Shown piece after piece: positions 57,684-60,396 of a DNA stretch of 60,396 nt. Made by a program: the position numbers and the translations under genes. Below the pieces are notes generated by a model. It was not told the origin of the DNA. It was given only the letters and a program-made list of their open reading frames with translations, and did no database searches. How positions within the stretch are numbered: the stretch's first letter is position 1; every line of letters begins with the position of its first letter. The stretch covers positions 13,912 through 74,307 of the forward strand of contig MFNJ01000047.1 of NCBI GenBank assembly GCA_001782015.1, given 5' to 3'. The DNA comes from Candidatus Levybacteria bacterium RIFCSPHIGHO2_01_FULL_36_15. Lineage in GTDB: Bacteria; Patescibacteriota; Microgenomatia; Levybacterales; GWA1-39-11.

Positions 57684-60396
57684 TTAATAAGCAAACAGTT
57701 GGGATTGAGGAACAATCTGTTTTCCTATGTTAGGCCCACTCCAAGAAAGTTGGGCAACAGCTCCTCCGCCATTTTCATAATATTCCATTTTGAGTGGATA
57801 TTTTTGTCCGGCAGTAAGAGAAATCGTTCCTGACCATTCGGTCGGTGACTGATCTATCCATTTATTAATAATTAATTGATTATTTACCCAAAGCCTTACG
57901 CCATCATCTGTTCGTGTATAGAATGTATAAACTCCGGAATACGGAGCAGCTATCTGTCCTGTCCAACGAGTGGAGAAATTATCAGGTCCAATTCTGGCAT
58001 CTGGAGATCCTCCTCCCCAGTCAAAGTTAATTATACCGTCCGTTTTGATAACTGATGCTCCTGTAAAATCAGAGTTGTCATAATATATACCCATCAATCC
58101 GTTTACTGAAGTACCGGAAAGCGCAAAGTTACAAAGAGTGATTGTATTGGGAGAAACAGTAAACATTGCAAGATTATTCAGCGTGCCTAGTTTTGCCTGC
58201 TCTGTTCGGAAAAGGAAGTTATTTCCGATCAATTGTTCAGTGCCGCCTTTAGGAGTGACGTATGCGCTATACTTATGGCTTGAAGTATCAATAACCATTC
58301 TGAAATGATATATAACGCCTGATGTGTAGGGTATTGAATTTGCAGCTTCATAAGATGATCCATTTCTTGCATCTATATATCCTTTCGGATTAAATCGTGC
58401 AATAGCAGCAAGATTGGCATAGGAACTCGCAGCGCCATTTGAAAGACCTATCACTGTATCAAGCAAATTATTATTGGGTGTTGCATCAAATGCAGCGGTA
58501 AATGTACCCGTTTGCTGACTAAATAAGGAGTTTTTCCATGTACTATCACTTAATATGCAGCCGGGAGCAAGAACTGGAGGTAATGTTGATAATAACTGTG
58601 ATTGAGGAACAGTTTGTTTTAATGTTGAAGGACTGCTCCAGAGAAGCTTTGCAACAGCTCCTCCTCCATTTTCATAGTATTCCATTTTTATGTTGTACTT
58701 CTGTCCTGCTGTAAGCGTAATGTTTCCTGAATGTTCTGTGGGAGACTGATCAACCCAGGAATCAACAACAAGCTGATTGTTTACCCATAGGCGCACTCCA
58801 TCATCTGATACAGTGTAGAATGTATACGTTTGAGAATACTGGGGAACAATCTGTCCTGTCCAGCGAGCAGAGAAAGTATCTGCTCCTATGGCAGAATTAG
58901 GTGATCCTCCTTGCCAGTCAAAGTTGATTGTACTGTCAGTTCTTGTGATTGATCCTCCTGTAAAGCCAGGATTATCATAATATGTTCCTATTAAACCATT
59001 TCCTCCTGAGTTAAGCGGAGCAATTCTGGTAAAGTTGGCAGACCCGCACCATACGTTTGTATTAGTAGCATTGTCCATATAGATATGAACATTAATGGTG
59101 TCTATTCCCTGATGCTTTGCTAAATCTACATCTGCGTACCATGTTCCTCCTCCTGCGTTTGTTCCGTTGTACCAGATAATGTCATCCTGTCCACTTCCGC
59201 TTGTCCATGTGGGAAACTTAACAGAGGTTGCATTACTGACCCCATCTGCGTACACTCGAAACACTCCCGCGGTTGAAGAAGTCGTTGATGATGTAGGATG
59301 CCCTCCGGAACAGGAAGGCTTAGAAGCAAGAGGAGTAGGGGTGGGAGTTTTTGTTGGTGTAGGAGTGTTAGTCGGTTGAACAGGAGGAGTATTGGTAGGT
59401 GGAACAGGTGTATTTGTTGGCGTTGCAGGAGTGCTGGTCGGAGGCGGACCTTGCCTGGGATCAAAGCTTGATCTTGGTGAAAAAAGCATAGCATAAAGGC
59501 CATCACCAAACAAATAGTTGTAGAAATTATTAGTGCCTGCTGAACAGAGTTGTCCATTGCCTGTATCTTGATGGCCGCAGAATAGTTTTCCCGCACCGCT
59601 GTAGTAAGAGTAATAAATATTGCGGGCAAAAGGCAAGGAAAGGTTATAATCTCCATAGTATTCAATGATGCTGTAATTAGTAAATGTTGTTCCCCAATCT
59701 TCAACTAAAGACGGTCGGGAATATCCCGCAAAGTCAAGGACTGATCCGTCACTGGCAAAAAGGTAATAATCCTGGCGTTCAACTAAATTAGTATTTGTCG
59801 TATCCCAGAGCAGTTTAGGCCGCTTGAGACGCAAAGTGTTAATATCCAGATACTCAATAACGTTTTTCTGGTATATCAAATCAATATTAGAAGATAAGGT
59901 GGGAATAGTGACACCATTTTTTGCCAAAGCATTGCGGACTATGGCAGAAGCGCCGATGATGCCTAGGGCGTAACCCGAAGGATGGAAATTATGGTTATCA
60001 ACTTCACCGCTGAGCCATATATACTGAGTGACGAAATCCCGCCAGCTGTCTGGTAAATAAGTAAAGGTAATAGTGTTTCCGTAGGCCTGTCTGAGCGATT
60101 GGCCAGTAGACGCATGGTGGAAGCCAAAAAATTTTAGGTAATCGAGTATTTTAGCTGACCGGGGATTATCTTGGGGAAAATTGACATAATACCCAGCATA
60201 GAGTGTTAGCAACCAGCTTACTTCTTCGGCAAACGTATCAGCTTTATAATTCTCCCCGCCATAGGGGAAAGAAGTTTTTTCATTTTCACCAATGTATCTA
60301 AAAACACCAGTCAAATCAAAGCCATTATTTGGCCAGGGAGTATATGTTTTCCAGTCTGAGCTTATATTCCAGTTATAAGCCTTGCCATAGGCAGTA
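57684..60396 (-). CDS. Large surface protein with Pro/Thr linker, GBS Bsp-like repeat, two PA14 domains and a shared beta module; 5' end outside the window
   Basis: FSARWTGQI...SDDGVRLWVN...EYYENGG.AVA occurs twice (PA14); VKFPTW...GQDDIIWY (Bsp-like); frame open to 60395. Confidence 0.88.
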   Translation of the reverse strand, partial: TAYGKAYNWNISSDWKTYTPWPNNGFDLTGVFRYIGENEKTSFPYGGENYKADTFAEEVSWLLTLYAGYYVNFPQDNPRSAKILDYLKFFGFHHASTGQSLRQAYGNTITFTYLPDSWRDFVTQYIWLSGEVDNHNFHPSGYALGIIGASAIVRNALAKNGVTIPTLSSNIDLIYQKNVIEYLDINTLRLKRPKLLWDTTNTNLVERQDYYLFASDGSVLDFAGYSRPSLVEDWGTTFTNYSIIEYYGDYNLSLPFARNIYYSYYSGAGKLFCGHQDTGNGQLCSAGTNNFYNYLFGDGLYAMLFSPRSSFDPRQGPPPTSTPATPTNTPVPPTNTPPVQPTNTPTPTKTPTPTPLASKPSCSGGHPTSSTTSSTAGVFRVYADGVSNATSVKFPTWTSGSGQDDIIWYNGTNAGGGTWYADVDLAKHQGIDTINVHIYMDNATNTNVWCGSANFTRIAPLNSGGNGLIGTYYDNPGFTGGSITRTDSTINFDWQGGSPNSAIGADTFSARWTGQIVPQYSQTYTFYTVSDDGVRLWVNNQLVVDSWVDQSPTEHSGNITLTAGQKYNIKMEYYENGGGAVAKLLWSSPSTLKQTVPQSQLLSTLPPVLAPGCILSDSTWKNSLFSQQTGTFTAAFDATPNNNLLDTVIGLSNGAASSYANLAAIARFNPKGYIDARNGSSYEAANSIPYTSGVIYHFRMVIDTSSHKYSAYVTPKGGTEQLIGNNFLFRTEQAKLGTLNNLAMFTVSPNTITLCNFALSGTSVNGLMGIYYDNSDFTGASVIKTDGIINFDWGGGSPDARIGPDNFSTRWTGQIAAPYSGVYTFYTRTDDGVRLWVNNQLIINKWIDQSPTEWSGTISLTAGQKYPLKMEYYENGGGAVAQLSWSGPNIGKQIVPQSQLFAY

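Noticed and set aside
1-60396. CRISPR array, cas genes, integrase, transposase, reverse transcriptase or prophage
   Set aside because: No regularly spaced repeats with unique spacers and no recognisable motifs for these proteins in any ORF
1-60396. Alternative genetic code (UGA read as Gly or Trp)
   Set aside because: Core genes translate full-length under code 11 and TGA terminates genes such as 4828-5286

Overview
A 60.4 kb AT-rich chromosomal window that looks like a Patescibacteria (CPR), Microgenomates-type bacterium. This is inferred from the split comEA/comEC/MBL genes, Pro/Thr-linker surface proteins, AAA_14-DUF4143 ATPases, leaderless-looking promoters and a tRNA-adjacent LAGLIDADG-like ORF. 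Core genes: comEA, comEC, a two-component module, secE-nusG-rplK-rplA, galU, leuS, mreB, a WecB/TagA glycosyltransferase, uppP, rpmG and four intact tRNAs (Cys-GCA, Thr-TGT, Tyr-GTA, Thr-GGT). Accessory genes: two toxin-antitoxin pairs, an atypical Ser/Thr kinase, SDH, S8, C1A and zincin proteases, a cohesin protein next to a dockerin protein, a PA14 adhesin, a Sat-CysC fusion and a PLD. The most notable unexplained structure: (1) an intact tRNA-Thr(UGU) nested exactly in the anticodon of a second, covarying, decayed tRNA-Thr(UGU); (2) at least eight small palindromic or heptamer repeat elements inserted into leuS without breaking the frame, from families that also form nested intergenic hairpins; (3) recurrent displaced gene ends (two extra 3' ends of an HTH gene, two orphan Ig-domain tails, a duplicated leuS promoter) that bracket accessory cargo with no integrase in the window; (4) a promoter-driven, highly structured ~240 nt non-coding region upstream of the tRNA cluster; (5) surface proteases that share the same N- and C-terminal chassis but carry different catalytic domains. 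All calls are by eye from motifs; no database searches were run.
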